DNA from: an uncultured Rhizobium sp.
GTDB lineage: Bacteria; Pseudomonadota; Alphaproteobacteria; Rickettsiales; UBA1997
Reading direction: 5' to 3'
DNA: 46,711 nt
Assembly: GCA_964513555.1 (NCBI GenBank)
Contig: CAZENB010000003.1
Span: forward strand, 1 to 46,711
In this document: in pieces, positions 8,041 to 20,200 of the stretch
Layout of the letters: each line of letters begins with the position of its first letter
Numbering within the stretch: the stretch's first letter is position 1
The notes under the pieces: generated by a model
The model's input: the letters and a program-made list of their open reading frames with translations, nothing else
Told to the model about the DNA's origin: nothing
Database searches by the model: none
Made by a program: the position numbers and the translations under genes

Positions 8041-10227
8041 ATGTTAAATGCTTTTGAAAATTTAAATAATCCACAAAAAGAAGCGGTACTTAATACTCAA
8101 GGACCGCTTCTTGTTTTAGCTGGTGCCGGAACTGGTAAAACTAAAGTTTTAACTTCCAGAATAATTCATATCGTTAATTCCTATCTTGCATCTCCTTTAC
8201 AAATTTTGGCAGTAACTTTTACTAATAAAGCTGCTGCTGAGATGCGTAAAAGAATAGGTGAGGTTATAGGCGATCAAGTTAATAACTTGTGGATTGGAAC
8301 TTTTCACTCAATTGCATCAAGAATTTTGCGTCGTCATCCTGAAATTGTTGGACTTAGAAATGACTTTATAATTATTGATGATGATGATCAGAATCGTTTA
8401 TTAAAACAAATCTTATCAGACTTTAATATTGATTCTAAGCAGTTTTCTCCAAAGTTTTACTTAAACAAAATTTCTCGTTTAAAAGATAAATTTATTTCTC
8501 CAGCAGCTCTTGATTCTGGCTTTGATGTATCTTTGCCAAAGTTAAAGGAAGTTTATGAAACCTATCAAAATCGTTTAAAATCAATGAATGCTGCCGATTT
8601 TGGAGATTTACTCTGCTACAACTTGGAAATTTTTAATAAAGCTCCAGAAATATTATCTTATTATCAAGATAAATTTCGTTATGTTCTAGTTGATGAGTAT
8701 CAAGATACAAATGGTAGTCAATATCAATGGCTTCTGAAACTTTCCGCAAACCATAGAAATATCTGCTGTGTTGGTGATGACGATCAATCAATTTATAGTT
8801 GGCGTGGTGCAGATATTGCAAATATTTTACGTTTTGAAAAAGATTTCAAAGATGCTCAAGTTATTAGACTAGAACAAAACTATCGTTCTAGTTCAAACAT
8901 ATTGAAAGCTGCTGATTCAGTTATTTCAAATAATAAAGAACGTCATGGAAAAACCCTTTGGACTGACCAAAAAAGTGGACAAAGAGTTAAGCTTATTTCT
9001 TTTGCTGATGATAGAATGGAAGCTCAAAATATTTGTTCTATTATTCGACAGTTAAGTGTCACTGGGGTTAAGTTAAGTAATATTGCAATATTGGTAAGAG
9101 CTGGTTACCAAACCCGTTCTTTTGAAGAATCTTTTATGCAAAATTCGCTTCCTTATCGTGTTATTGGAGGTTTAAAATTTTATGATCGGTTGGAAATTAG
9201 AGATGCAATTGCTTACCTAAGAGTTGTTGCAAATCCTGACGATGATTTGGCATTAAATAGAATTATTAACGTTCCAAAAAGAGGTGTTGGAGATACAACA
9301 ATCAGCTCCCTTTATGAAAAATCTAAAATATCTGGAGTGTCTTTATTCAAAACGATTAAAAACTCAATTCAACAAGGAGAACTAAAAGGTAAGTCAAAAG
9401 ATTCGCTAAAGTCGTTTGTTGATTTTATGGATAAGTGGCATGGAATGTTAGATAGTGTGAAACTTTCTGAACTTGCTGAAGTTGTGATGCGAGAATCTGG
9501 TTATATAGAAATGTGGCGTAGTGAGAATACTCTAGAAGCTCAAGGTAGAATTGAAAATATTCAAGAATTTGTCAGAAGTTTAGAAGATTTTTCATCACTC
9601 ATTGAGTTTTTAGAATATGTAGCTCTTCTTGAAGCAAGAGAAGACAAATCAAATCAAGAATCTGTTAGTATAATGACAATTCATGCTGCAAAAGGATTGG
9701 AATTTGAAGCAGTATTTATCCCTGGTCTTGAAGATGGAATATTCCCAAGTTCAAGATCAATCGAAGAAAAAGGCGGATTGGAAGAGGAAAGAAGACTGCT
9801 TTACGTTGCAATTACTCGTGCGAGAAAAAACTTATTTTTAAGCTATGCAAAAAGTCGTTTTATCTTTGGTGATTATCAAATGGCTCTTCCTTCAAGGTTT
9901 ATAAAAGAACTGCCAGAAGATGAAGTTGATTTTGAAGATAAAAATATGAATGCTGGTTATGGTTTTAATGTAAATTCAAGTTTCAGTAGTTATTCTAAAA
10001 CTTATTCTAATTCTAGTTTGAGTAAGAATAATAATTTTAGCTCTACAAAAATATCTAATTTCTCAGATCAAAAACAAAAATCAGAAAACTCAGTTCTTCA
10101 TAAAAGAGTGTTTCATCAGAAATTTGGTTATGGAAAAGTTATTTCAATTGATGGTAATAAGTTGGAAATTCAGTTTGAAAAAACTGGTACCAAAACTGTA
10201 ATGAAGGAATTTGTCACTTTGGCTTAA
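8041..10227 (+). CDS. uvrD: ATP-dependent DNA helicase UvrD/PcrA family (DNA helicase II)
   Basis: 'LNPQKEAV', Walker A 'AGAGTGKT', 'VLVDEYQDTN', 'QNYRSS', 'TIHAAKGLEF' and 'RRLLYVAITRA'. C-terminal 'VFHQKFGYGKV' Tudor-like tail. Confidence 0.92.
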   Translation: MLNAFENLNNPQKEAVLNTQGPLLVLAGAGTGKTKVLTSRIIHIVNSYLASPLQILAVTFTNKAAAEMRKRIGEVIGDQVNNLWIGTFHSIASRILRRHPEIVGLRNDFIIIDDDDQNRLLKQILSDFNIDSKQFSPKFYLNKISRLKDKFISPAALDSGFDVSLPKLKEVYETYQNRLKSMNAADFGDLLCYNLEIFNKAPEILSYYQDKFRYVLVDEYQDTNGSQYQWLLKLSANHRNICCVGDDDQSIYSWRGADIANILRFEKDFKDAQVIRLEQNYRSSSNILKAADSVISNNKERHGKTLWTDQKSGQRVKLISFADDRMEAQNICSIIRQLSVTGVKLSNIAILVRAGYQTRSFEESFMQNSLPYRVIGGLKFYDRLEIRDAIAYLRVVANPDDDLALNRIINVPKRGVGDTTISSLYEKSKISGVSLFKTIKNSIQQGELKGKSKDSLKSFVDFMDKWHGMLDSVKLSELAEVVMRESGYIEMWRSENTLEAQGRIENIQEFVRSLEDFSSLIEFLEYVALLEAREDKSNQESVSIMTIHAAKGLEFEAVFIPGLEDGIFPSSRSIEEKGGLEEERRLLYVAITRARKNLFLSYAKSRFIFGDYQMALPSRFIKELPEDEVDFEDKNMNAGYGFNVNSSFSSYSKTYSNSSLSKNNNFSSTKISNFSDQKQKSENSVLHKRVFHQKFGYGKVISIDGNKLEIQFEKTGTKTVMKEFVTLA

Positions 10228-10254
10228 ATTATATTCTTTGTAAAAGAAGTTGAA

Positions 10255-10267
10255 ACGACGAAGTCGT
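10255..10267. terminator. Short hairpin ACGAC-GAA-GTCGT between convergent uvrD and pdxJ, followed by 'GACGGAGG' (reverse complement 'CCTCCGTC', a repeat-family core fragment)
   Basis: 5-bp perfect stem read directly from the sequence. It lies in a 94-bp convergent gap with A/T runs nearby. Confidence 0.3.
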
Positions 10268-10321
10268 GACGGAGGATTTAAAAAAGTTTTAAAAAAAAAT
10301 TTCCCTGAGTACTTATTAATA

Positions 10322-11053
10322 TTACTTTATCGCCTTCTTCATTTTCTTAATTACATTCCCAAGTCCATCAAAAATTGCTTCTCCAATTAAAAAGTGACCA
10401 ATATTTAGCTCGGCAATTTGGGGCAATTTGGCAATAATTTTTGCAGTGTCATAATTTAACCCGTGTCCAGCATGGCATTCTAAACCAATTTCTTCACAAA
10501 GCTTGGCACATTTCTTTATTTTTAGAAATTCTTTTTTTTGTTTTTCTCCAGTTTTGTGACAAAATTTTCCAGTGTGAATTTCAACTATATCAGCTCCAAT
10601 TTCTTTTGATTTTCTAATTTGAATGTCGTTGGCGTCAACAAAAAGAGAAACTCTAATTTTTCTTGATTTAATTTTTTTTATCATCGGTCGTAAAGTTTTT
10701 TCACTCTTTACAACGTCAAGTCCACCTTCTGTAGTAATTTCTTGTCTTTTTTCTGGTACAATACAAACAGCATTGGGTTTGGTTTTTAAAGCAATCTCAA
10801 GCATTTCTTTAGTTGCTGCCATTTCCAAATTTATAGGTAGTTTAATTTCTTTTTTTAACCTTTTTAAATCTTCATCACGAATGTGTCTTCTGTCTTCACG
10901 CAAGTGAATTGTAATGCCATCAGCTCCACTTTTTTGAGCTAAAATTGCAGCTGATACAGGATCTGGATGAATTCCACCTCTTGCATTTCTTATTGTTGCA
11001 ACATGATCTATGTTAACCCCAAGTCTTATTTTGGTTTTTTTATTCTTAGTCAT
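10322..11053 (-). CDS. pdxJ: Pyridoxine 5'-phosphate synthase PdxJ
   Basis: 'LGVNIDHVATIRNARGG..PDPV', 'GITIHLREDRRHI', 'NLEMA', 'VCIVPEKR.E.TTEGGLDV', 'VEIHTG' and 'HAGHGLNY'. Confidence 0.93.
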   Translation of the reverse strand: MTKNKKTKIRLGVNIDHVATIRNARGGIHPDPVSAAILAQKSGADGITIHLREDRRHIRDEDLKRLKKEIKLPINLEMAATKEMLEIALKTKPNAVCIVPEKRQEITTEGGLDVVKSEKTLRPMIKKIKSRKIRVSLFVDANDIQIRKSKEIGADIVEIHTGKFCHKTGEKQKKEFLKIKKCAKLCEEIGLECHAGHGLNYDTAKIIAKLPQIAELNIGHFLIGEAIFDGLGNVIKKMKKAIK

Positions 11054-11063
11054 TTTTGATAAA

Positions 11064-12227
11064 CTAATTATTTATTTTTTGAATTTTTTTTTCGTAAAAA
11101 ACTAAAAACGATAAATAACAAACGCAACCTAAAATTATAGTAATTGGAAAACCATAAGCGTTAAATATTTTCATTAAAAAACCACAAAGTAAAGTTCCAG
11201 ACAAAGCTCCACAAGATCCAATTAGCTGAAAAGTTGCGTTTGCGGCAACTAATTTTTCTTTGCGATAATCTTCGTTAATTACTTTAAATACCGAAACGTA
11301 AATTAGTGCAATTGCAATTCCAAAGAAAAAGTAAGATATAAGTAAGAAAATATAATATTTTTTGAAGAATATAATTCCAATGAAACAGATTAGCGCACCC
11401 AAAAATCCGCAATTTATTAATTTATAAGGATCCCATTTTTTTAAAGCAAAGCCAACCCATAAATCAAAAAAAGCGCTTGTCATATAAGCGCTTATTAAAA
11501 GCCCAGCAATCTCACTTTTAAGTCCAATTCCAATTCCAAAAATTACTGTAAATGAAAAACAAAGGTAAATTTGAAAATCAACGAAAAACCTTGCTAAAAA
11601 AGCTCTAGGGTTATTTTTAAAAAATTGTAATAAACCAATTCTTTCAGAAGTTATTTTAGGTTGTCTGGTATTAAGCAACGGTTTTAAACAAAAATAAGAT
11701 CCAATCACAAAAATAGACGCAATTACAAAGCTCAAGTAATTAGAAGATCCTAATATTTTTACAATCAAAGGTCCAAAAGCAATTCCAACTGAAGCGCCAG
11801 TACTTAAGATTCCAAGAGCAATTCCACGTCTTTCGTTGTTAACTAAAATATTGAGCCAAGATTGTCTTGTAATTACTTGCATGAACCATAAATTGCCCAT
11901 CAAAAAGACTAAAAAAATCCATAAAAATAAATTCTGATAAAAATAAGATATTAAAATAATTGAAGCATAAGAAAAGGAAGCAATTTTTAAAACTTCTGTA
12001 ATTGTTAATTTGGCAACTATTCGGCTAATTAGAAAAGACATGATGATATTGCCTGCAATATCAAAAGTAAAAGCAAGACCAATATTTGAAGAATCAACGT
12101 TATTTTTGTTAAGTAAGGCAGGAAAAGTAACTATATTTATTCCATTTGCTATCGCAAATAAAAATATACTTAGAAACAGTAAGTTTACTTCGCGAGGGAA
12201 AGACAATTCTTTTAAAACTTTTTGCAC
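11064..12227 (-). CDS. Major facilitator superfamily transporter
   Basis: 387 aa with about 12 predicted hydrophobic helices and MFS-like loops. Substrate unknown. Confidence 0.65.
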   Translation of the reverse strand: MQKVLKELSFPREVNLLFLSIFLFAIANGINIVTFPALLNKNNVDSSNIGLAFTFDIAGNIIMSFLISRIVAKLTITEVLKIASFSYASIILISYFYQNLFLWIFLVFLMGNLWFMQVITRQSWLNILVNNERRGIALGILSTGASVGIAFGPLIVKILGSSNYLSFVIASIFVIGSYFCLKPLLNTRQPKITSERIGLLQFFKNNPRAFLARFFVDFQIYLCFSFTVIFGIGIGLKSEIAGLLISAYMTSAFFDLWVGFALKKWDPYKLINCGFLGALICFIGIIFFKKYYIFLLISYFFFGIAIALIYVSVFKVINEDYRKEKLVAANATFQLIGSCGALSGTLLCGFLMKIFNAYGFPITIILGCVCYLSFLVFYEKKIQKINN

Positions 12228-12329
12228 TTTTATTGATTTAGTTTGTTGAAAAGATGTTTCTCTGGGTTTAATTTAAATCGAAGTTATAATCCATAAAATT
12301 AATTATACACTTAACTTATCTGATTCACA

Positions 12330-14246
12330 ATGGTTCAGCAAAATTCTAAAACTCCTCTTCTCGATAAAGTTAATATTCCCATTGATTTGAGAAATTTTTC
12401 TTTAGATGAATTAAAACAGCTTGCTGAAGAGCTAAGATATGAAACGATCTCTTCAGTTTCTAAAACCGGTGGACATTTAGGAGCTGGACTTGGAGTTGTT
12501 GAACTTACATGTGCATTACATTATGTTTTTGACACTCCTAATGATAAACTAATTTGGGATGTTGGCCACCAAGCTTATCCTCACAAAATTTTGACTGGCA
12601 GAAGAAATAAAATGACTACAATCCGTCAAGCAAATGGATTGGCAGGATTTACCAGAAGAGCGGAAAGTGAATATGATCCATTTGGTGCGGGTCATAGTTC
12701 AACTTCAATTTCAGCAGCTCTTGGAATGGCTGTTGCAAAAAACTTTAAACAAGAAAAATCAAATGTTATTGCTGTTATAGGTGATGGATCAATTTCTGCT
12801 GGTATGGCTTATGAAGCAATGAATAATGCAGGAGCATTGGAAGAAAAATTATTTAATAATAATCGTTTAATAGTAATTCTAAATGATAATGATATGTCAA
12901 TTGCACCTCCAACAGGTGCAATGTCGCACTATCTTTCTCGTCTTGCTTCTTCAAAGTCATATTTAAAAATTCGTGATTTTTACAAAAAAGTATCACATAA
13001 ACTTCCAGATAAAATCTCTTATTTTCCCCGTAAATTTGAAAAAGCCGCTAAAGAATGGTGGATGGGTGGCAATATATTTGAAGAAATGGGTTTTTATTAT
13101 GTTGGACCAATTGATGGTCACAACTTAGACATATTAGTGCCAATTTTGCAAAATATTCGTGATAATAATTCAAGTGATCCAATTTTAATTCACTGCGTTA
13201 CACAAAAAGGTCGTGGTTATGTTGATACAATGGCCAGTAATGATAAACTTCATGCTGTTTCTAAATTTAATCATGAAACTGGAGAACAAGAAAGATCAGT
13301 TTCTAAATATCCAAGTTATTCCAAAATATTTGGTAAACATCTAACTGAATTAGCAAAAAAAGATGAAAAGATTTTAGCAATTACAGCTGCAATGCCAACC
13401 GGAACTGGTTTGGATATATTTTCTAAAGATTTTCCAAAAAGAATTTTTGATGTTGGAATTGCTGAACAACATGCTGTCACTTTTTCTGCAGGTTTGGCTT
13501 GCGAAAATTTAAAGCCATATGTGGCAATTTACTCCACTTTCTTACAAAGAGGTTATGACCAAGTTGTTCACGATGTAGCAATACAAAATCTTCCTGTTCG
13601 TTTTGCAATCGATCGCGCAGGTTTTGTTGGTGCTGATGGACCGACTCATGCTGGTTCTTTTGACATTGCTTACTTAATTAATTTGCCAAACTTTATTTTA
13701 ATGGCGGCATCAGATGGACAAGAACTTGTTAAAATGATTAATACCGCAAATGAAATTAATCATTGTCCAAGTGCTTTTAGATTTCCTCGTGGTGAAGCTA
13801 ATTTTGAGATTAATTTTGAAGATAACGAAGTTCTAGAAATAGGAAAGGGTAGGATAATTCAAGAAGGAACTAAAGTTGCTATTATTTCTTATGGTGCAAT
13901 TCTATCAAATGTTGTTGATGCAGCAAAAATTTTAGAAAATGAAGCCAATCTAAAAATAACTATAATTGACGCTCGTTTTGCTAAACCTTTTGATGAAGAT
14001 TTGGTGACTAAAGCTGCCAAAAATCATGATATATTAATTACTATTGAAGAAGGAGCTTCGGGTGGTTTTGGTTCAGTTATTTCACAATTTTTGTTGGATA
14101 AAGGTTTGCTTGATACTTCAGATTTAAAGTTTCGTTCACTTTTTATGGCTGATAAGTTTATTGAACAAAATAAAATTTCAGAAATGCAAGAAGAATCAGG
14201 AATCGGTGTGCAAAATATTGTGAAAACAGTACTAAGTTTAATTTAA
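12330..14246 (+). CDS. dxs: 1-deoxy-D-xylulose-5-phosphate synthase
   Basis: '[20 protein letters not shown]', '[15 protein letters not shown]', '[14 protein letters not shown]', the ThDP motif '[18 protein letters not shown]' and '[12 protein letters not shown]'. Confidence 0.95.
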   Translation: MVQQNSKTPLLDKVNIPIDLRNFSLDELKQLAEELRYETISSVSKTGGHLGAGLGVVELTCALHYVFDTPNDKLIWDVGHQAYPHKILTGRRNKMTTIRQANGLAGFTRRAESEYDPFGAGHSSTSISAALGMAVAKNFKQEKSNVIAVIGDGSISAGMAYEAMNNAGALEEKLFNNNRLIVILNDNDMSIAPPTGAMSHYLSRLASSKSYLKIRDFYKKVSHKLPDKISYFPRKFEKAAKEWWMGGNIFEEMGFYYVGPIDGHNLDILVPILQNIRDNNSSDPILIHCVTQKGRGYVDTMASNDKLHAVSKFNHETGEQERSVSKYPSYSKIFGKHLTELAKKDEKILAITAAMPTGTGLDIFSKDFPKRIFDVGIAEQHAVTFSAGLACENLKPYVAIYSTFLQRGYDQVVHDVAIQNLPVRFAIDRAGFVGADGPTHAGSFDIAYLINLPNFILMAASDGQELVKMINTANEINHCPSAFRFPRGEANFEINFEDNEVLEIGKGRIIQEGTKVAIISYGAILSNVVDAAKILENEANLKITIIDARFAKPFDEDLVTKAAKNHDILITIEEGASGGFGSVISQFLLDKGLLDTSDLKFRSLFMADKFIEQNKISEMQEESGIGVQNIVKTVLSLI

Positions 14247-14300
14247 ATTTTCCAAAGGTATTTTTTACTAATTTTTTTTGAAGTTAAAATATATTTTTCA

Positions 14301-15656
14301 ATGTCGCAAAATTCTCCTTTATCAGATTTAATGCGTCCTAAAATCCTAGATGAAATTATTGGACAAGATCATCTTTTTGGAGAAATTGGAATTTTGTCAG
14401 CAATAAAAAATTCTAAATCTGTTCCATCGATGATTTTATGGGGACCATCTGGGGTTGGAAAGACAACAATTGCTAAAGCTTTAGCAAAAATTGTTGACGC
14501 TGAATTTGTCACAATATCTGCAATCAGTTCAGGAGCCTCAGAAATAAGAAAAGTTATAGAAAAAGCTGCTAAAAAAATACCTAATGTTTCAGATTCTCTG
14601 TTTCAATCTGAAATAGAAAATTCAGATTTTGAAAAAAAAGATCCTAATTATTCTAAAAAAAAATCATCAACTATTTTAATGGTTGATGAAATTCACCATT
14701 TTAACAAAACTCAGCAAGACTTATTTTTGCCTGCAATTGAAGATGGAACAATAATATTAATTGGTACAACAACTGAAAATCCTTCTTTTCATTTAAACTC
14801 TGCTTTATTATCACGATCCAGAGTTGTGACTCTTAATTCTTTAAATGAAAAAGCTTTGGAAAAAATCATACAAAGAGTTGAGTCGTATTTAAATAAAAAA
14901 ATTCCCCTTACAAATGAAGCCCGCCAAAAATTAATTGAGCTTTCTTGCGGTGATGCACGATACTTAATTAATGCTTGTGAAGAACTGCTTTCTTATAAAT
15001 TACATAATGTGATTTCAATTGATGATTTATTGCAAATAATCACAAAAAGAGCAGCACATTTTGATAAAAAAGGTGATTTCCATTATGGTTTGATAAGTGC
15101 TTTTCATAAAGCCTTAAGAGGTTCAGATGTTAATGCAGCTCTGTATTACTTGGCCAGAATGTTACAAGCAAAAGAAGATCCATATTATATTTTGCGTAGG
15201 TTAGCAAGATTTGCCACAGAGGATATAGGTCTTGCAGATCCAAATGCTTTGTTGCAAGTTATGGCAGCAAAAGAAAATTATGAATTTTTAGGAAGTCCAG
15301 AAGGCGATTATGCTCTTAGTCATGCTACAATTTACTGCGCAACAGCTCCTAAATCAAACGCATCTTATTTAGCTCATAAATCTGCAGTTGAAATTGCTGA
15401 TGCCACAACAAATCTAATGCCACCAAAAAATATCTTAAACGCTCCAACTAAAATGATGAAAGAAGAAGGTTTTGGAGAAAGATATATTTATGATCATGAT
15501 ACTATTGATTGTTTTTCCGGTCAGGAATTTTTTCCTAAAGAACTTATAAAAAATTCACGTCCAGAATTTTTTAAACCAAATGAAAGAGGTTTTGAAAGAG
15601 AATTAAAAAAACGTTTGAAATATTGGCAAGATTTAAGAATAAAACTAAATTCTTAG
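14301..15656 (+). CDS. rarA: Replication-associated recombination protein A (RarA/MgsA AAA+ ATPase)
   Basis: 'MRPKILDEIIGQDHL', Walker A 'WGPSGVGKTT', Walker B 'MVDEIHHFNKTQQD', 'IGTTTENPSF' and 'DPYYILRRLARFATEDIGLADP'. Confidence 0.92.
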   Translation: MSQNSPLSDLMRPKILDEIIGQDHLFGEIGILSAIKNSKSVPSMILWGPSGVGKTTIAKALAKIVDAEFVTISAISSGASEIRKVIEKAAKKIPNVSDSLFQSEIENSDFEKKDPNYSKKKSSTILMVDEIHHFNKTQQDLFLPAIEDGTIILIGTTTENPSFHLNSALLSRSRVVTLNSLNEKALEKIIQRVESYLNKKIPLTNEARQKLIELSCGDARYLINACEELLSYKLHNVISIDDLLQIITKRAAHFDKKGDFHYGLISAFHKALRGSDVNAALYYLARMLQAKEDPYYILRRLARFATEDIGLADPNALLQVMAAKENYEFLGSPEGDYALSHATIYCATAPKSNASYLAHKSAVEIADATTNLMPPKNILNAPTKMMKEEGFGERYIYDHDTIDCFSGQEFFPKELIKNSRPEFFKPNERGFERELKKRLKYWQDLRIKLNS

Positions 15657-16066
15657 TTTACTATTTTTTAAAAGCTGAAAAAAATTGTTTTACCAATATT
15701 TGAACTTCTTCTTTCAAGATCAATTAGTTGAAGATTTCTTAAACTTCTGTGACAATTAATGAAATGTAGCGTGCTAATGAAATAGGAGCTGTTTTTGGAT
15801 TTATATTTTTGACAAGTATCTGATTTTTTTGAGAGCGTTCAAAATATTAAGAAAATAAATCAATATTTTTAATTTTTGATTGCTCTGCTTATCAAGCATT
15901 TCTGATCTTTAATGAAGCTAAATAACCTTGAAAAATAAATATTGAATTAAAATTTCATCAACATACATTTCTATATATATTTTAACACACTTTCAGCCAA
16001 GTAATTCAAAGCTTGCCAAATAATTCAAACAATCATCTTGAAATATAAAGTATTTAATCTTTCTCA

Positions 16067-17251
16067 ATGTCGAAAAAAAAGAATAATTTTCCAATGTTCT
16101 TTCTAAATAGAACAACATTGTTTGTTATTGTACCAATAATATGCTTCTTTTCCTATTTTGTTTTGGTAAAGCCTCAACAATCTATGGCTGTAAAAGATAA
16201 AGCTACTGATTCTGTTGTGCAAAATGCTAATGTTATCACTATAAAAACCCAAGAAGTTCAAATTACCAAAGAAATTCCGGGAAGGGTTTTTGCTTACAAA
16301 ATGTCAGAAATTCGTCCACAAGTAAGTGGCATAATTGTAAAACAACTTTTTACAGAAGGAGGTTTTGTTAAGAAGGGTCAACAATTATACCAAGTTGATC
16401 CAGCAATATATCAATCTGACTATTCTTCGTCTCTTGTAAATTTAGAATCTGCAAGAGCAAAAAGAGAACGTTATCAAACTCTGCTTGCTGAAAATGCAGT
16501 AAGTAAGCAAGAATATGATGAAGTTTCTGCAGTATATGCAGCAGCTGAAGCTCAGTATCAAAAATCAAAAGCTAATTTGAATTACAGTAAAATATTGGCA
16601 CCAATTTCTGGTTATATAGGAAAGTCAAACTTAACTGAAGGATCTTTGGTAACTGCAGGACAAACGGAAGTTTTGGCGACAATATCCCAACTTGATCCAA
16701 TATATGTTGATATAATGCAACCTTCAAAAGAAGTTATTAAAATTGATGCACAACAAGAAATTAAAGTCGGATTGGTTTTTGAAGATTCAGAAGAAATGTT
16801 TGGAGTTTTGAAGTTTTCAGAAGTTTTTTCTGATTCTTCAACTGATTCTATGCGTCTAAGAGCTTTATTTTCTAATCAAAATAAAAGATTATTGCCAGGA
16901 ATGTTTGTGACTGCAAAACTTTATTTAAAACCAGTAAATAAAATAACAATTCCGCAAAGAATATCTACTCGTAATGTTGATGGTACTCTAACAGTTTGGG
17001 TTGTTGAAAAAGATAATTTGGCAAAACAAAGAGTTATTAAAGCAAGTGGAGCTTTTAAAGACCAATGGATTATATCTGAAGGTCTAAATGATGGAGAAAT
17101 GGTTGTTTTTGACGGTTTCCAAAAAATGTTTGATGGAATGAAAGTAAATCCGATTTTAATCGACCAAGATGGTAAATCAGAAACAGAAAAATATGACTCT
17201 ACAATTAATAACAAGGCTGAAGACAAAAAAGAAAAAGAGAAAAATAACTAA
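16067..17251 (+). CDS. RND efflux periplasmic adaptor (AcrA/MexA-like membrane fusion protein)
   Basis: N-terminal TM anchor, 'RPQVSGII', a coiled-coil hairpin region and 'ILAPISGYIGKS'. It lies immediately upstream of the RND pump gene. Confidence 0.88.
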   Translation: MSKKKNNFPMFFLNRTTLFVIVPIICFFSYFVLVKPQQSMAVKDKATDSVVQNANVITIKTQEVQITKEIPGRVFAYKMSEIRPQVSGIIVKQLFTEGGFVKKGQQLYQVDPAIYQSDYSSSLVNLESARAKRERYQTLLAENAVSKQEYDEVSAVYAAAEAQYQKSKANLNYSKILAPISGYIGKSNLTEGSLVTAGQTEVLATISQLDPIYVDIMQPSKEVIKIDAQQEIKVGLVFEDSEEMFGVLKFSEVFSDSSTDSMRLRALFSNQNKRLLPGMFVTAKLYLKPVNKITIPQRISTRNVDGTLTVWVVEKDNLAKQRVIKASGAFKDQWIISEGLNDGEMVVFDGFQKMFDGMKVNPILIDQDGKSETEKYDSTINNKAEDKKEKEKNN

Positions 17252-17256
17252 AATTC

Positions 17257-20200
17257 ATGTCTAATTTTTTTATTAACAGACCAATATTTGCTTGGGTAAT
17301 TGCCATTGTTATTATGATGTCTGGTTTATTGGCTTTACGTAAAATGCCAATTGAACAATATCCAAATATTGCTCCACCTACTGTATCCATTTCAACTTCA
17401 ATGCCAGGAGCATCTGCTGAAACTTTGGAAAATAGCGTTACTCAGGTTATAGAGCAAAGTCTTACAGGTATTGACTCTTTACGTTATTTTACTGGCAGTA
17501 GTGACTCTGATGGTAACGTTTCAATTTCTCTTACTTTTGAGCCAAAAACAAATCCAAATATTGCGCAAGTTCAAGTTCAAAATAAGTTGCAGGCAGCTAT
17601 GCCACTTTTACCACAAGAAGTTCAACAACAAGGTGTAAGAGTTAATAAATCAAATAATAACTTTTTGTTAGTGATTGGTTTATATTCAGAAGATGATACT
17701 GTCAGTGAAGCTGAGTTGGGTGATATTTTGTTGTCCGACATGAAAGATGCTATTGCAAGAATTAATGGTGTTGGAAACGTTAATATTTTTGGTAATCCTC
17801 GTGCTATGAGAATTTGGCTTAATCCAAATAAATTGGTAAGTTATAATCTTTCCACGTCAGAAGTTATATCTTCAATAAAAGCTCAAAACTCAGACGTTTC
17901 TGCTGGACAGTTAGGTGGACTTCCTGCAGTTGAAGGACAACAACTTAACGCAACCGTTACATCTCAATCAAAGTTAAAAACAGTTGTTGATTTTGAGAAA
18001 ATAATTCTAAAAGCAAACAACAATGGAGCCCAAGTTTATTTAAAAGATGTCGCAAATATTGAACTTGGATCTCAAAGTTATAGTACTAAAGCAAGATACA
18101 AAAGACATCCAGCTTCAGGAATGGCTGTGATTCTAGCAAGTGGTGCTAATGCTTTAGAAACTGCAAAGAATGTAAAAGCAAAAGTTGAGGAAATGAGAAA
18201 ATTTTTGCCAAAAAGCGTTAAAGTTATTTATCCATATGATTCTACACCATTTATCAAACTTTCTATCAAAGGTGTTGTTGAAACTTTGATAGAGGCTGTA
18301 ATTTTAGTGTTTTTGGTAATGTTACTGTTCTTGCAAAATTTTAGAGCAACTTTAGTTCCAACAATTGCAGTTCCAGTTGTATTACTTGGAACTTTAGCGA
18401 TATTATTTTCTCTTGGTTTTACAATTAATACTTTAACCATGTTTGCCATGGTTTTGGCGATTGGTTTATTGGTTGATGACGCAATTGTTGTTGTTGAAAA
18501 CGTCGAAAGAATTATGCATGAGGAAGGATTATCTCCAATTGAGGCAACTAAAAAATCAATGTCTCAAATTACAGGAGCTTTGGTTGGTATTGCTATGGTA
18601 TTGTCTGCAGTTTTTGTTCCGATGGCTTTTTTTGGTGGTTCGGCTGGAGCAATTTATCGTCAGTTTTCTGTTACAATAGTTTCAGCAATGGTTTTATCAG
18701 TTTTGGTTGCTTTGATTTTATCCCCTTCTTTATGTGCTACTATTCTAAGGCCAATTGATAAAAACCATTCTTTATCAAATAATAGATTTGTAAATTTCTT
18801 TAATATTTTCTTAGATAAAGGCAGAAATTTTTATATTTGGGGATCAAGCTCAATAATCAAAAAAATAGTTAGGTTTCTTGCTGTATATGTTGTAATGGTT
18901 GGTGGTTTAGTATTCTTGTTTATGCGAATGCCAACTTCTTTTTTGCCAACTGAGGATCAGGGAATGATGTATTTGATGGTAAATACACCAAGTGGATCAA
19001 CCCTTGAAAGAACAATTGAAAGTTTAGAAAAAGTTGAAGACTATTTCTTAGAAAAAGAAAAAGAAAATGTAGAGCATTTATTTACAGTTGCAGGTTTTAG
19101 TTTTGCAGGTAGAGCACAAAATGCTGGTTTTGGTTTTATTGGTTTGAAAGACTGGAGTGAAAGAACAAGATCAGATCAAACTGTATCTTCAATTTCCGGT
19201 AGGGCAATGAAAGCTTTAAGTCAGCTAAAAGATGCTTTTGTATTTACATTTTTTCCTCCACCAATTCGTGAACTTGGTAACGCTTCTGGTTTTGATATGC
19301 AACTTCTTGATCGTAGCGGTATTGGTCATTCTGGTTTAATGATGGCTCGTAATCAATTACTTGGAATGGCTTCAAAAAATCCTTTACTGGTTGGTGTTAG
19401 ACCTAACGGTTTAAATGATGTTGCACAGTTTAAAATTGACATTGATTATGAAAAAGCTGCCACACTAGGAATCATAATTTCTGATATAAATCAGACATTG
19501 CAATCTGCTTGGGGTTCTTCTTATGTTAATGACTTTATTGATAAAGGAAGAATTAAGAAAGTTTACTTACAATCTGATGCAAAATATCGTATGATGCCAG
19601 ATGACTTAGCCAAATGGTATGTAAAAAATAAAAATGGAGAAATGATTTCTTTTGCAAGTTTTGCTTCTGCTCATTGGACTTATGGTTCACCAAAACTTGA
19701 AAGATTTAATGGTGCTTCTTCAATTAATATTCAAGGAGCTCCTGTTTCCGGAGTCAGCTCTGGTGTTGCAATTGCAGAAATGGAAAGAATGGTTAAAGAA
19801 ATTAAAGGTGTTGATTTTACATGGTCAGGAATTTCATATGAAGAAAAAACTTCTGGTTCGCAAACAATTACTCTTTATCTGGTTTCTTTATTGGTTGTCT
19901 TTCTTTCTCTAGCAGCACTTTATGAAAGTTGGTCAATTCCTTTCTCTGTGATAATGGCAGTACCATTTGGAATTATTGGAGCTTTGCTATTTTCAAGTTT
20001 TTTTGGTATGAGTAACGATGTTTATTTTCAAGTTGGTTTATTAACTACAATTGGATTATCAGCTAAAAATGCAATTCTGATTATTGAATTTGCAGAAAGT
20101 TTACATGAACAAGGAGTTGAAATTGTTGAGGCAGTTTTAACAGCCACTAAACAAAGATTTAGGCCAATTATTATGACTTCAATGGCTTTTATGCTTGGAA

